DNA from: Utricularia gibba
Lineage: Eukaryota > Plantae > Magnoliophyta
Assembly (NCBI GenBank): GCA_002189035.1
Contig: NEEC01000300.1
Coordinates: 1 to 53,700, forward strand
Direction: 5' to 3'
Length of the DNA stretch: 53,700 bases
Position numbers and translations under genes: made by a program. Below the pieces are notes generated by a model. That model did not search any database. It was not told where the DNA came from and worked only from the letters and a program-made list of their open reading frames with translations. This document shows positions 1 through 15,000 of this stretch, in pieces. The first letter of the stretch is position 1. Every line of letters starts with the position of its first letter.

Positions 1-3000
1 GAAAACCGAACGATAATAAATACATCACTTTATTTGCCGGACTACAACTAACTCTCGCAAGCCAAACCTACCTTTGTCCCGTTCCAGGTGCACCCAAAGA
101 CCGCCTGCTCAAGTATAAAGTAAGTTGTTGAAAAAAATCATGTGGGGTGCACGTGATATCGCAATTTAAACAAATGCAACATTGTATTCATCGATTTGCA
201 TCCTTTTGTCCTCATGAGCCATAAAGAATCGCGGGCCCGGACCAAGTTCCTAGCGAGACTGGCCGCCACAAAAACGAGAAGCTGTTCCTTGAAAAACCAT
301 GTAGGCAACACCGAAAACCGAACGTTAATAAATACATCACTTTCTTTGCCGGGCTACAACTTACTTTGGGCCAAGGCCTAAGCTGATCTTTTTCCGGTTC
401 CAAGTGCACCCAAAGACCGCCTTCTCAAGTATAAAGTAAGTTGTTGAAAAAATCATGTGGGGTGCACGTGACATCATAATTTAAACAAATGCATCATTTT
501 TTTTAATCGATTTGCATCCAGTTGACCTCATGAGCCATACAGAATCGGGGTCAAGGACCAAGTTCCCAGCGAGACTGGCCGCCACAAAACGAGAAGCGGT
601 TCCTTGAAAAACCATGTAGGCAGCCCCGAAAACCGAACGATAATAAATACATCACTTTATTTGCCGGACTACAACTTACTGGCCAAGGCCTAAGCTGACC
701 TTTTTCCGGTTCCAAGTGCCCCAAGACCGCCTCCTCAAGTATAAAGTAAGTTGTTGAAAAAATCATGTGGGGTGCACGTGATATCGCAATTTAAACAAAT
801 GCAACATTTTTTTTCATCGATTTGCATCCTTTTGTCCTCATGAGCCATAAAGAATCGGGGCCCGGACCAAGTTCCTAGCGAGACTGGCCGCCACAAAACG
901 AGAAGCTGTTCCTTGAAAAACCATGTAGGCAACACCGAAAACCGAACGTTAATAAATACATCACTTTCTTTGCCGGGCTACAACTTACTTTGGGCCAAGG
1001 CCTAAGCTGACTTTTTCCGGTTCCAAGTGCACCCAAACCGCCTTCTCAAGTATAAAGTAAGTTGTTGAAAAAAATCATGTGGGGTGCACGTGACATCATA
1101 ATTTAAACAAATGGATCATTTTTTTTTAATCGATTTGCATCCAGTTGACCTCATGAGCCATACAGAATCGGGGTCAAGGACCAAGTTCCCAGCGAGACTG
1201 GCCGCCACAAAACGAGAAGCGTTCCTTGAAAAACCATGTAGGCAGCCCCCGAAAACCGAACGATAATAAATACATCACTTTATTTGCCGGACTACAACTA
1301 ACTTTGGGCCAAGCCTAAGCTGACTTTTTCCGTTCCAAGTGCCCCCAAGACCGCCTCCTCAAGTATAAAGTAAGTTGTTGAAAAAATCATGTGGGGCACG
1401 TGATATCGCAATTTAAACAAATGCAACATTGTATTCATCGATTTGCATCCTTTTGTCCTCATGAGCCATAAAGAATCGGGGCCCGGACCAAGTTCCTAGC
1501 GAGACTGGCCGCCACAAAAACGAGAAGCTGTTCCTTGAAAAACCATGTAGGCAACCCGAAAACCGAACGTTAATAAATACATCACTTTCTTTGCCGGGCT
1601 ACAACTTACTTTGGCCAAGGCCTAAGCTGACTTTTTCCGGTTCCAAGTGCCCCAAGACCGCCTCCTCATGTATAAAGTAAGTTGTTAAAAAATCATGTGG
1701 GGTGCACGTGACATCGTAATTTAAACAAATGCATCATTTTTTTAATCGATTTGCATCCAGTTGACCTCATGAGCCATACAGAATCGGGGTCAAGGACCAA
1801 GTTCCCAGCGAGACTGGCCGCCACAAAACGAGAAGCTGTTCCTTGAAAAACCATGTAGGCAACACCGAAAACCGAACGTTAATAAATACATCACTTTCTT
1901 TGCCGGGCTACAACTTACTTTGGCCAAGGCCTAAACTGACTTTTTCCGGTTCCAAGTGCACCCAAAGACCGCCTTCTCAAGTATAAAGTAAGTTGTTGAA
2001 AAAATCATGTGGGGTGCACGTGACATCATAATTTAAACAAATGGATCATTTTTTTTAATCGATTTGCATCCAGTTGACCTCATGAGCCATACAGAATCGG
2101 GGTCAAGGACCAAGTTCCCAGCGAGACTGGCCGCCACAAAACGAGAAGCGGTTCCTTGAAAAACCATGTAGGCAGCCCCCGAAAACCGAACGTAATAAAT
2201 ACATCACTTTATTTGCCGGCTACAACTTACTTTGGGCAAGGCCTAAGCTGACTTTTTCCGGTTCCAAGTGCCCCCAAAGACCGCCTCCTCAAGTATAAAG
2301 TAAGTTGTTGAAAAAATCATGTGGGGTGCACGTGATATCGCAATTTAAACAAATGCAACATTGTATTCATCGATTTGCATCCTTTTGTCCTCATGAGCCA
2401 TAAAGAATCGCGGGCCGGACCAAGTTCCTAGCGAGACTGGCCGCCACAAAACGAGAAGCTGTTCCTTGAAAAACCATGTAGGCAACACCGAAAACCGAAC
2501 GTTAATAAATACATCACTTTCTTTGCCGGGCTACAACTTACTTTGGGCCAAGGCCTAAGCTGACCTTTTTCCGGTTCCAAGTGCACCCAAGACCGCCTCC
2601 TCAAGTATAAAGTAAGTTGTTGAAAAAATCATGTGGGGTGCACGTGACATCGTAATTTAAACAAATGCATCATTTTTTTTAATCGATTTGCATCCAGTTG
2701 ACCTCATGAGCCATACAGAATCGGGGTCAAGGACCAAGTTCCCAGCGAGACTGGCCGCCACAAAACGAGAAGCGGTTCCTTGAAAAACCATGTAGGCAGC
2801 CCCCGAAAACCGAACGATAATAAATACATCACTTTATTTGCCGGACTACAACTTACTTTGGCCAAGGCCTAAGCTGATCTTTTTTCCGTTCCAAGTGCCC
2901 CCCAAGACCGCCTCTCAAGTATAAAGTAAGTTGTTGAAAAAATCATGTGGGGTGCACGTGATATCGCAATTTAAACAAATGCAACATTTTTTTTTCATCG

Positions 3001-6000
3001 ATTTGCATCCTTTGTCCTCATGAGCCATAAGAATCGGGGCAAGGACCAAGTTCCTAGCGAGACTGGCCCACAAAACGAGAAGCTGTTCCTTGAAAAACCA
3101 TGTAGGCAACCGAAAACCGAACGTAATAAATACATCACTTTCTTTGCCGGCTACAACTTACTTTGGCCAAGGCCTAAGCTGACTTTTCCGGTTCCAAGTG
3201 CACCCAAAGACCGCCTCTCAAGTATAAAGTAAGTTGTTGAAAAAATCATGTGGGGTGCACGTGACATCAATTTAAACAAATGCATTTTTTTATCGATTTG
3301 CATCCTTTTGACCTCATGAGCCATACAGAATCGGGGCCAAGGACCAAGTTCCAGCGAGACTGGCCGCCACAAAACGAGAAGCTGTTCCTTGAAAAACCAT
3401 GTAGGCAGCCCCGAAAACCGAACGTTAATAAATACATCACTTTCTTTGCCGGGCTACAACAACTTACTTTGGGCCAAGGCCTAAGCTGACCTTTTCCGTT
3501 CCAAGTGCCCCCAAGACCGCCTCCTCAAGTATAAAGTAAGTTGTTAAAAAAATCATGTGGGGTGCACGTGACATCGTAATTTAAACAAATGCAAATTTTT
3601 TTTAATCGATTTGCATCCTTTGACCTCATGAGCCATAAGAATCGGGGTGGACCAAGTTCCTAGCGAGACTGGCCGCCACAAAACGAGAAGCTGTTCCTTG
3701 AAAAACCATGTAGGCAACACCGAAAACCGAACGTTAATAAATACATCACTTTCTTTGCCGGGCTACAACTTACTTTGGGCCAAGGCCTAAGCTGATCTTT
3801 TTCCGGTTCCAAGTGCCCCCAAGACCGCCTCCTCATGTATAAAGTAAGTTGTTAAAAAAATCATGTGGGGTGCACGTGACATCGTAATTTAAACAAATGC
3901 ATCATTTTTTTTAATCGATTTGCATCCAGTTGACCTCATGAGCCATACAGAATCGGGGTCAAGGACCAAGTTCCCAGCGAGACTGGCCGCCACAAAACGA
4001 GAAGCGGTTCCTTGAAAAACCATGTAGGCAGCCCCCGAAAACCGAACGATAATAAATACATCACTTTATTTGCCGGACTACAACTAACTCTCGTGCAAGC
4101 CAAACCTTACCTTTGTCCCGTTCCAGGTGCACCCAAAGACCGCCTGCTCAAGTATAAAGTAAGTTGTTGAAAAAAATCATGTGGGGTGCACGTGATATCG
4201 CAATTTAAACAAATGCAACATTGTATTCATCGATTTGCATCCTTTTGTCCTCATGAGCCATAAAGAATCGCGGGCCCGGACCAAGTTCCTAGCGAGACTG
4301 GCCGCCACAAAACGAGAAGCTGTTCCTTGAAAAACCATGTAGGCAACACCGAAAACCGAACGTTAATAAATACATCACTTTCTTTGCCGGGCTACAACTT
4401 ACTTTGGGCAAGGCCTAAGCTGATCTTTTTCCGGTTCCAAGTGCAAAGACCGCCTTCTCAAGTATAAAGTAAGTTGTTGAAAAAATCATGTGGGGTGCAC
4501 GTGACATCATAATTTAAACAAATGCATCATTTTTTTTAATCGATTTGCATCCAGTTGACCTCATGAGCCATACAGAATCGGGGTCAAGGACCAAGTTCCC
4601 AGCGAGACTGGCCGCCACAAAACGAGAAGCGGTTCCTTGAAAAACCATGTAGGCAGCCCCCGAAAACCGAACGATAATAAATACATCACTTTATTTGCCG
4701 GACTACAACTACTTTGGGCAAGCCAAGCTGACTTTTTCCGTTCCAGTGCCCCCAAAGACCGCCTCTCAAGTATAAAGTAAGTTGTTGAAAAAATCATGTG
4801 GGGTGCACGTGATATCGCAATTTAAACAAATGCAACATTGTATTCATCGATTTGCATCCTTTTGTCCTCATGAGCCATAAAGAATCGCGGGCCCGGACCA
4901 AGTTCCTAGCGAGACTGGCCGCCACAAACGAGAAGCTGTTCCTTGAAAAACCATGTAGGCAACACCGAAAACCGAACGTTAATAAATACATCACTTTCTT
5001 TGCCGGGCTACAACTTACTTTGGGCCAAGGCCTAAGCTGATCTTTTTCCGGTTCCAAGTGCACCCAAAGACCGCCTTCTCAAGTATAAAGTAAGTTGTTA
5101 AAAAAATCATGTGGGGTGCACGTGACATCATAATTTAAACAAATGCATCATTTTTTTTAATCGATTTGCATCCAGTTGACCTCATGAGCCATACAGAATC
5201 GGGGTCAAGGACCAAGTTCCCAGCGAGACTGGCCGCCACAAAACGAGAAGCGGTTCCTTGAAAAACCATGTAGGCAGCCCCGAAAACCGAACGATAATAA
5301 ATACATCACTTTATTTGCCGGACTACAACTAACTTTGGGCAAGCCAAGCTGACTTTTCCGTTCCAGTGCCCCCAAAGACCGCCTCCTCAAGTATAAAGTA
5401 AGTTGTTGAAAAAATCATGTGGGGTGCACGTGATATCGCAATTTAAACAAATGCAACATTGTATTCATCGATTTGCATCCTTTTGTCCTCATGAGCCATA
5501 AAGAATCGCGGGCCCGGACCAAGTTCCTAGCGAGACTGGCCGCCACAAAACGAGAAGCTGTTCCTTGAAAAACCATGTAGGCAACACCGAAAACCGAACG
5601 TTAATAAATACATCACTTTCTTTGCCGGGCTACAACTTACTTTGGGCCAAGGCCTAAGCTGATCTTTTTCCGGTTCCAAGTGCACCCAAAGACCGCCTTC
5701 TCAAGTATAAAGTAAGTTGTTGAAAAAAATCATGTGGGGTGCACGTGACATCATAATTTAAACAAATGCATCATTTTTTTTAATCGATTTGCATCCAGTT
5801 GACCTCATGAGCCATACAGAATCGGGGTCAAGGACCAAGTTCCCAGCGAGACTGGCCGCCACAAAACGAGAAGCGGTTCCTTGAAAAACCATGTAGGCAG
5901 CCCCCGAAAACCGAACGATAATAAATACATCACTTTATTTGCCGGACTACAACTACTTTGGCAAGCCTAAGCTCTTTTCCGTTCCAGTGCACCCAAAGAC

Positions 6001-9000
6001 CGCCTCCTCAAGTATAAAGTAAGTTGTTGAAAAAATCATGTGGGGTGCACGTGATATCGCAATTTAAACAAATGCAACATTGTATTCATCGATTTGCATC
6101 CTTTTGTCCTCATGAGCCATAAAGAATCGCGGGCCCGGACCAAGTTCCTAGCGAGACTGGCCGCCACAAAACGAGAAGCTGTTCCTTGAAAAACCATGTA
6201 GGCAACACCGAAAACCGAACGTTAATAAATACATCACTTTCTTTGCCGGGCTACAACTTACTTTGGGCCAAGGCCTAAGCTGACCTTTTTCCGGTTCCAA
6301 GTGCACCCCAAAGACCGCCTTCTCAAGTATAAAGTAAGTTGTTGAAAAAAATCATGTGGGTGCACGTGACATCATAATTTAAACAAATGCATCATTTTTT
6401 TTAATCGATTTGCATCCAGTTGACCTCATGAGCCATACAGAATCGGGGTCAAGGACCAAGTTCCCAGCGAGACTGGCCGCACAAACGAGAAGCGTTCCTT
6501 GAAAAACCATGTAGGCAGCCCGAAAACCGAACGATAATAAATACATCACTTTATTTGCCGGACTACAACTTACTTTGGGCAAGCCAAGCTGACTTTTTCC
6601 CGTTCCAAGTGCACCCAAAGACCGCCTCTCAAGTATAAAGTAAGTTGTTGAAAAAATCATGTGGGGTGCACGTGATATCGCAATTTAAACAAATGCAACA
6701 TTTTTTTTCATCGATTTGCATCCTTTTGTCCTCATGAGCCATAAAGAATCGCGGGCCCGGACCAAGTTCCTAGCGAGACTGGCCGCCACAAAACGAGAAG
6801 CTGTTCCTTGAAAAACCATGTAGGCAACACCGAAAACCGAACGTTAATAAATACATCACTTTCTTTGCCGGGCTACAACTTACTTTGGGCCAAGGCCTAA
6901 GCTGATCTTTTTCCGGTTCCAAGTGCACCCAAAGACCGCCTTCTCAAGTATAAAGTAAGTTGTTGAAAAAATCATGTGGGGTGCACGTGACATCATAATT
7001 TAAACAAATGCATCATTTTTTTTAATCGATTTGCATCCAGTTGACCTCATGAGCCATACAGAATCGGGGTCAAGGACCAAGTTCCCAGCGAGACTGGCCG
7101 CCACAAAACGAGAAGCGGTTCCTTGAAAAACCATGTAGGCAGCCCCCGAAAACCGAACGATAATAAATACATCACTTTATTTGCCGGACTACAACTTACT
7201 TTGGCCAAGCCAAGCTGACTTTTTCCGTTCCAGTGCACCCAAGACCGCCTCCTCAAGTATAAAGTAAGTTGTTGAAAAAATCATGTGGGGTGCACGTGAT
7301 ATCGCAATTTAAACAAATGCAACATTGTATTCATCGATTTGCATCCTTTTGTCCTCATGAGCCATAAAGAATCGCGGGCCGGACCAAGTTCCTAGCGAGA
7401 CTGGCCGCCACAAAACGAGAAGCTGTTCCTTGAAAAACCATGTAGGCAACACCGAAAACCGAACGTTAATAAATACATCACTTTCTTTGCCGGGCTACAA
7501 CTTACTTTGGGCCAAGGCCTAAGCTGATCTTTTTCCGGTTCCAAGTGCACCCAAAGACCGCCTTCTCAAGTATAAAGTAAGTTGTTGAAAAAATCATGTG
7601 GGGTGCACGTGACATCATAATTTAAACAAATGGATCATTTTTTTTAATCGATTTGCATCCAGTTGACCTCATGAGCCATACAGAATCGGGGTCAAGGACC
7701 AAGTTCCCAGCGAGACTGGCCGCCACAAAACGAGAAGCGGTTCCTTGAAAAACCATGTAGGCAGCCCCGAAAACCGAACGATAATAAATACATCACTTTA
7801 TTTGCCGGACTACAACTTACTTTGGGCAAGCCAAACTGACTTTTTCCGTTCCAGTGCCCCAAAGACCGCCTCCTCAAGTATAAAGTAAGTTGTTGAAAAA
7901 ATCATGTGGGGTGCACGTGATATCGCAATTTAAACAAATGCAACATTGTATTCATCGATTTGCATCCTTTTGTCCTCATGAGCCATAAAGAATCGGGCCC
8001 GGACCAAGTTCCTAGCGAGACTGGCCGCCACAAAACGAGAAGCTGTTCCTTGAAAAACCATGTAGGCAACACCGAAAACCGAACGTAATAAATACATCAC
8101 TTTCTTTGCCGGGCTACAACTTACTTTGGGCCAAGGCCTAAGCTGACCTTTTTCCGGTTCCAAGTGCCCCCAAAGACCGCCTCCTCATGTATAAAGTATG
8201 TTGTTAAAAAAATCATGTGGGGTGCACGTGACATCATAATTTAAACAAATGCATCATTTTTTTTAATCGATTTGCATCCAGTTGACCTCATGAGCCATAC
8301 AGAATCGGGGTCAAGGACCAAGTTCCCAGCGAGACTGGCCGCCACAAAACGAGAAGCGGTTCCTTGAAAAACCATGTAGGCAGCCCCGAAAACCGAACGA
8401 TAATAAATACATCACTTTATTTGCCGGACTACAACTAACAAGCCAAACTTACCTTTGTCCGTTCCAGGTGCACCCAAAGACCGCCTGCTCAAGTATAAAG
8501 TAAGTTGTTGAAAAAATCATGTGGGTGCACGTGATATCGCAATTTAAACAAATGCAACATTGTATTCATCGATTTGCATCCTTTTGTCCTCATGAGCCAT
8601 AAAGAATCGCGGGCCCGGACCAAGTTCCTAGCGAGACTGGCCGCCACAAAACGAGAAGCTGTTCCTTGAAAAACCATGTAGGCAACACCGAAAACCGAAC
8701 GTTAATAAATACATCACTTTCTTTGCCGGGCTACAACTTACTTTGGGCCAAGGCCTAAGCTGATCTTTTTCCGGTTCCAAGTGCACCCAAAGACCGCCTC
8801 TCAAGTATAAAGTAAGTTGTTGAAAAAATCATGTGGGGTGCACGTGACATCGTAATTTAAACAAATGCATCATTTTTTTTAATCGATTTGCATCCAGTTG
8901 ACCTCATGAGCCATACAGAATCGGGGTCAAGGACCAAGTTCCCAGCGAGACTGGCCGCCACAAAACGAGAAGCGGTTCCTTGAAAAACCATGTAGGCAGC

Positions 9001-12000
9001 CCCCGAAAACCGAACGATAATAAATACATCACTTTATTTGCCGGACTACAACTAACTCGGGCAAGCCTAACCTTACCTTTTCCGTTCCAGTGCCCCCAAG
9101 ACCGCCTGCTCAAGTATAAAGTAAGTTGTTGAAAAAATCATGTGGGGTGCACGTGATATCGCAATTTAAACAAATGCAACATTGTATTCATCGATTTGCA
9201 TCCTTTTGTCCTCATGAGCCATAAAGAATCGCGGGCCCGGACCAAGTTCCTAGCGAGACTGGCCGCCACAAAACGAGAAGCTGTTCCTTGAAAAACCATG
9301 TAGGCAACACCGAAAACCGAACGTTAATAAATACATCACTTTCTTTTGCCGGGCTACAACTTACTTTGGGCCAAGGCCTAAGCTGATCTTTTTCCGGTTC
9401 CAAGTGCCCCCCAAGACCGCCTCCTCAAGTATAAAGTAAGTTGTTGAAAAAATCATGTGGGGTGCACGTGACATCATAATTTAAACAAATGCATCATTTT
9501 TTTTAATCGATTTGCATCCAGTTGACCTCATGAGCCATACAGAATCGGGGTCAAGGACCAAGTTCCCAGCGAGACTGGCCGCCACAAAACGAGAAGCGGT
9601 TCCTTGAAAAACCATGTAGGCAGCCCCGAAAACCGAACGATAATAAATACATCACTTTATTTGCCGGACTACAACTAACTCTCGGTGCAAGCCAAACCTT
9701 ACCTTTGTCCCGTTCCAGGTGCACCCAAAGACCGCCTGCTCAAGTATAAAGTAAGTTGTTGAAAAAATCATGTGGGGTGCACGTGATATCGCAATTTAAA
9801 CAAATGCAACATTGTATTCATCGATTTGCATCCTTTTGTCCTCATGAGCCATAAAGAATCGCGGGCCCGGACCAAGTTCCTAGCGAGACTGGCCGCCACA
9901 AAACGAGAAGCTGTTCCTTGAAAAACCATGTAGGCAACACCGAAAACCGAACGTTAATAAATACATCACTTTCTTTGCCGGGCTACAACTTACTTTGGGC
10001 CAAGGCCTAAGCTGATCTTTTTCCGGTTCCAAGTGCACCCAAAGACCGCCTTCTCAAGTATAAAGTAAGTTGTTGAAAAAATCATGTGGGGTGCACGTGA
10101 CATCGTAATTTAAACAAATGCATCATTTTTTTTAATCGATTTGCATCCAGTTGACCTCATGAGCCATACAGAATCGGGGTCAAGGACCAAGTTCCCAGCG
10201 AGACTGGCCGCCACAAAACGAGAAGCGGTTCCTTGAAAAACCATGTAGGCAGCCCCGAAAACCGAACGATAATAAATACATCACTTTATTTGCCGGACTA
10301 CAACTAACTTTGGGCAAGCCAAACTTACTTTTTCCGTTCCAGTGCACCCAAAGACCGCCTGCTCAAGTATAAAGTAAGTTGTTGAAAAAATCATGTGGGG
10401 TGCACGTGATATCGCAATTTAAACAAATGCAACATTGTATTCATCGATTTGCATCCTTTTGTCCTCATGAGCCATAAAGAATCGCGGGCCGGACCAAGTT
10501 CCTAGCGAGACTGGCCGCCACAAAACGAGAAGCTGTTCCTTGAAAAACCATGTAGGCAACACCGAAAACCGAACGTTAATAAATACATCACTTTCTTTGC
10601 CGGGCTACAACTTACTTTGGGCCAAGGCCTAAGCTGATCTTTTTCCGGTTCCAAGTGCACCCAAAGACCGCCTCCTCAAGTATAAAGTAAGTTGTTAAAA
10701 AAATCATGTGGGGTGCACGTGACATCATAATTTAAACAAATGGATCATTTTTTTTAATCGATTTGCATCCAGTTGACCTCATGAGCCATACAGAATCGGG
10801 GTCAAGGACCAAGTTCCCAGCGAGACTGGCCGCACAAAACGAGAAGCGGTTCCTTGAAAAACCATGTAGGCAGCCCCGAAAACCGAACGATAATAAATAC
10901 ATCACTTTATTTGCCGGACTACAACTAACTTCGTGCAAGCCAAACCTTACCTTTGTCCGTTCCAGGTGCACCAAAGACCGCCTGCTCAAGTATAAAGTAA
11001 GTTGTTGAAAAAATCATGTGGGGTGCACGTGATATCGCAATTTAAACAAATGCAATTGTATTCATCGATTTGCATCCTTTTGTCCTCATGAGCCATAAAG
11101 AATCGCGGGCCCGGACCAAGTTCCTAGCGAGACTGGCCGCCACAAAACGAGAAGCTGTTCCTTGAAAAACCATGTAGGCAACACCGAAAACCGAACGTTA
11201 ATAAATACATCACTTTCTTTGCCGGGCTACAACTTACTTTGGGCCAAGGCCTAAGCTGACCTTTTTCCGGTTCCAAGTGCACCCAAGACCGCCTTCTCAA
11301 GTATAAAGTAAGTTGTTAAAAAATCATGTGGGGTGCACGTGACATCGTAATTTAAACAAATGCATCATTTTTTTTAATCGATTTGCATCCAGTTGACCTC
11401 ATGAGCCATACAGAATCGGGGTCAAGGACCAAGTTCCCAGCGAGACTGGCCGCCACAAAACGAGAAGCGGTTCCTTGAAAAACCATGTAGGCAGCCCCGA
11501 AAACCGAACGATAATAAATACATCACTTTTTGCCGGACTACAACTTACTTTGGGCAAGCCTAAGCTGACTTTTCCGGTTCCAAGTGCACCCAAAGACCGC
11601 CTTCTCAAGTATAAAGTAAGTTGTTGAAAAAATCATGTGGGGTGCACGTGATATCGCAATTTAAACAAATGCATCATTTTTTTTAATCGATTTGCATCCC
11701 CTCATGAGCCATAAAATCGGGGCCCGGACCAAGTTCCCAGCGAGACTGGCCGCCACAAAACGAGAAGCTGTTCCTTGAAAAACCATGTAGGCAACACCGA
11801 AAACCGAACGTAATAAATACATCACTTTCTTTGCCGGGCTACAACTTACTTTGGGCCAAGGCCTAAGCTGATTTTTTCCGGTTCCAAGTGCCCCCAAAGA
11901 CCGCCTCCTCAAGTATAAAGTAAGTTGTTGAAAAAATCATGTGGGGTGCACGTGACATCGTAATTTAAACAAATGCATCATTTTTTTAATCGATTTGCAT

Positions 12001-15000
12001 CCAGTTGACCTCATGAGCCATACAGAATCGGGGCAAGACCAAGTTCCCAGCGAGACTGGCCGCCACAAAACGAGAAGCGTTCCTTGAAAAACCATGTAGG
12101 CAACCCGAAAACCGAACGTAATAAATACATCACTTTATTTGCCGGGCTACAACTACTTTGGCAAGCCTAAGCTGACCTTTTTCCGGTTCCAGTGCACCCA
12201 AAGACCGCCTCCTCAAGTATAAAGTAAGTTGTTGAAAAAATCATGTGGGGTGCACGTGATATCGCAATTTAAACAAATGCAACATTGTATTCATCGATTT
12301 GCATCCTTTTGTCCTCATGAGCCATAAAGAATCGCGGGCCCGGACCAAGTTCCTAGCGAGACTGGCCGCCACAAAACGAGAAGCTGTTCCTTGAAAAACC
12401 ATGTAGGCAACACCGAAAACCGAACGTTAATAAATACATCACTTTCTTTGCCGGGCTACAACTTACTTTGGGCCAAGGCCTAAGCTGATCTTTTTCCGGT
12501 TCCAAGTGCCCCCAAAGACCGCCTCTCAAGTATAAAGTAAGTTGTTGAAAAAATCATGTGGGGTGCACGTGACATCATAATTTAAACAAATGCATCATTT
12601 TTTTTAATCGATTTGCATCCAGTTGACCTCATGAGCCATACAGAATCGGGGTCAAGGACCAAGTTCCCAGCGAGACTGGCCGCCACAAAACGAGAAGCGG
12701 TTCCTTGAAAAACCATGTAGGCAGCCCGAAAACCGAACGATAATAAATACATCACTTTATTTGCCGGACTACAACTACTTGGGCAAGCCAAACCTTACCT
12801 TTGTCCGTTCCAGTGCACCCAAAGACCGCCTCAGTATAAAGTAAGTTGTTGAAAAAATCATGTGGGGTGCACGTGATATCGCAATTTAAACAAATGCAAC
12901 ATTGTATTCATCGATTTGCATCCTTTTGTCCTCATGAGCCATAAAGAATCGCGGGCCCGGACCAAGTTCCTAGCGAGACTGGCCGCCACAAAACGAGAAG
13001 CTGTTCCTTGAAAAACCATGTAGGCAACACCGAAAACCGAACGTTAATAAATACATCACTTTCTTTGCCGGGCTACAACTTACTTTGGGCCAAGGCCTAA
13101 GCTGATCTTTTTCCGGTTCCAAGTGCCCCCAAGACCGCCTTCTCAAGTATAAAGTAAGTTTAAAAAAATCATGTGGGGTGCACGTGACATCGTAATTTAA
13201 ACAAATGCATCATTTTTTTTAATCGATTTGCATCCAGTTGACCTCATGAGCCATACAGAATCGGGGTCAAGGACCAAGTTCCCAGCGAGACTGGCCGCCA
13301 CAAAACGAGAAGCGTTCCTTGAAAAACCATGTAGGCAGCCCCGAAAACCGAACGATAATAAATACATCACTTTATTTGCCGGACTACAACTTACTTTGGG
13401 CCAAGGCCTAAGCTGACTTTTCCGGTTCCAGTGCACCCAAAGACCGCCTCCTCAAGTATAAAGTAAGTTGTTGAAAAAATCATGTGGGGTGCACGTGATA
13501 TCGCAATTTAAACAAATGCATCATTTTTTTTCATCGATTTGCATCCTTTGTCCTCATGAGCCATAAAGAATCGGGGGACCAAGTTCCTAGCGAGACTGGC
13601 CGCCACAAAACGAGAAGCTGTTCCTTGAAAAACCATGTAGGCAACACCGAAAACCGAACGTTAATAAATACATCACTTTCTTTGCCGGGCTACAACTTAC
13701 TTTGGGCCAAGGCCTAAGCTGATCTTTTTCCGGTTCCAAGTGCACCCAAGACCGCCTCTCAAGTATAAAGTAAGTTGTTGAAAAAATCATGTGGGGTGCA
13801 CGTGACATCGTAATTTAAACAAATGCATCATTTTTTTTAATCGATTTGCATCCAGTTGACCTCATGAGCCATACAGAATCGGGGTCAAGGACCAAGTTCC
13901 CAGCGAGACTGGCCGCCACAAAACGAGAAGCGGTTCCTTGAAAAACCATGTAGGCAGCCCCGAAAACCGAACGATAATAAATACATCACTTTATTTGCCG
14001 GACTACAACTAACTCTCGGTGCAAGCCAAACCTTACCTTTGTCCGTTCCAGGTGCACCCAAAGACCGCCTGCTCAAGTATAAAGTAAGTTGTTGAAAAAA
14101 TCATGTGGGGTGCACGTGATATCGCAATTTAAACAAATGCAACATTGTATTCATCGATTTGCATCCTTTTGTCCTCATGAGCCATAAAGAATCGCGGGCC
14201 CGGACCAAGTTCCTAGCGAGACTGGCCGCCACAAAACGAGAAGCTGTTCCTTGAAAAACCATGTAGGCAACACCGAAAACCGAACGTTAATAAATACATC
14301 ACTTTCTTTGCCGGGCTACAACTTACTTTGGGCCAAGGCCTAAGCTGATCTTTTTCCGGTTCCAAGTGCACCCAAAGACCGCCTTCTCAAGTATAAAGTA
14401 AGTTGTTGAAAAAATCATGTGGGGTGCACGTGACATCATAATTTAAACAAATGGATCATTTTTTTTATCGATTTGCATCCAGTTGACCTCATGAGCCATA
14501 CAGAATCGGGGTCAAGGACCAAGTTCCCAGCGAGACTGGCCGCCACAAAACGAGAAGCGGTTCCTTGAAAAACCATGTAGGCAGCCCCGAAAACCGAACG
14601 ATAATAAATACATCACTTTATTTGCCGGACTACAAACTTACTTTGGGCAAGCCAAGCCTTACCTTTTTCCCGTTCCAGGTGCACCCAAAGACCCCTCCTC
14701 AAGTATAAAGTAAGTTGTTGAAAAAATCATGTGGGGTGCACGTGATATCGCAATTTAAACAAATGCAACATTGTATTCATCGATTTGCATCCTTTTGTCC
14801 TCATGAGCCATAAAGAATCGCGGGCCCGGACCAAGTTCCTAGCGAGACTGGCCGCCACAAAACGAGAAGCTGTTCCTTGAAAAACCATGTAGGCAACACC
14901 GAAAACCGAACGTTAATAAATACATCACTTTCTTTGCCGGGCTACAACTACTTTGGGCCAAGGCCTAAGCTGATCTTTTTCCGGTTCCAAGTGCACCCAA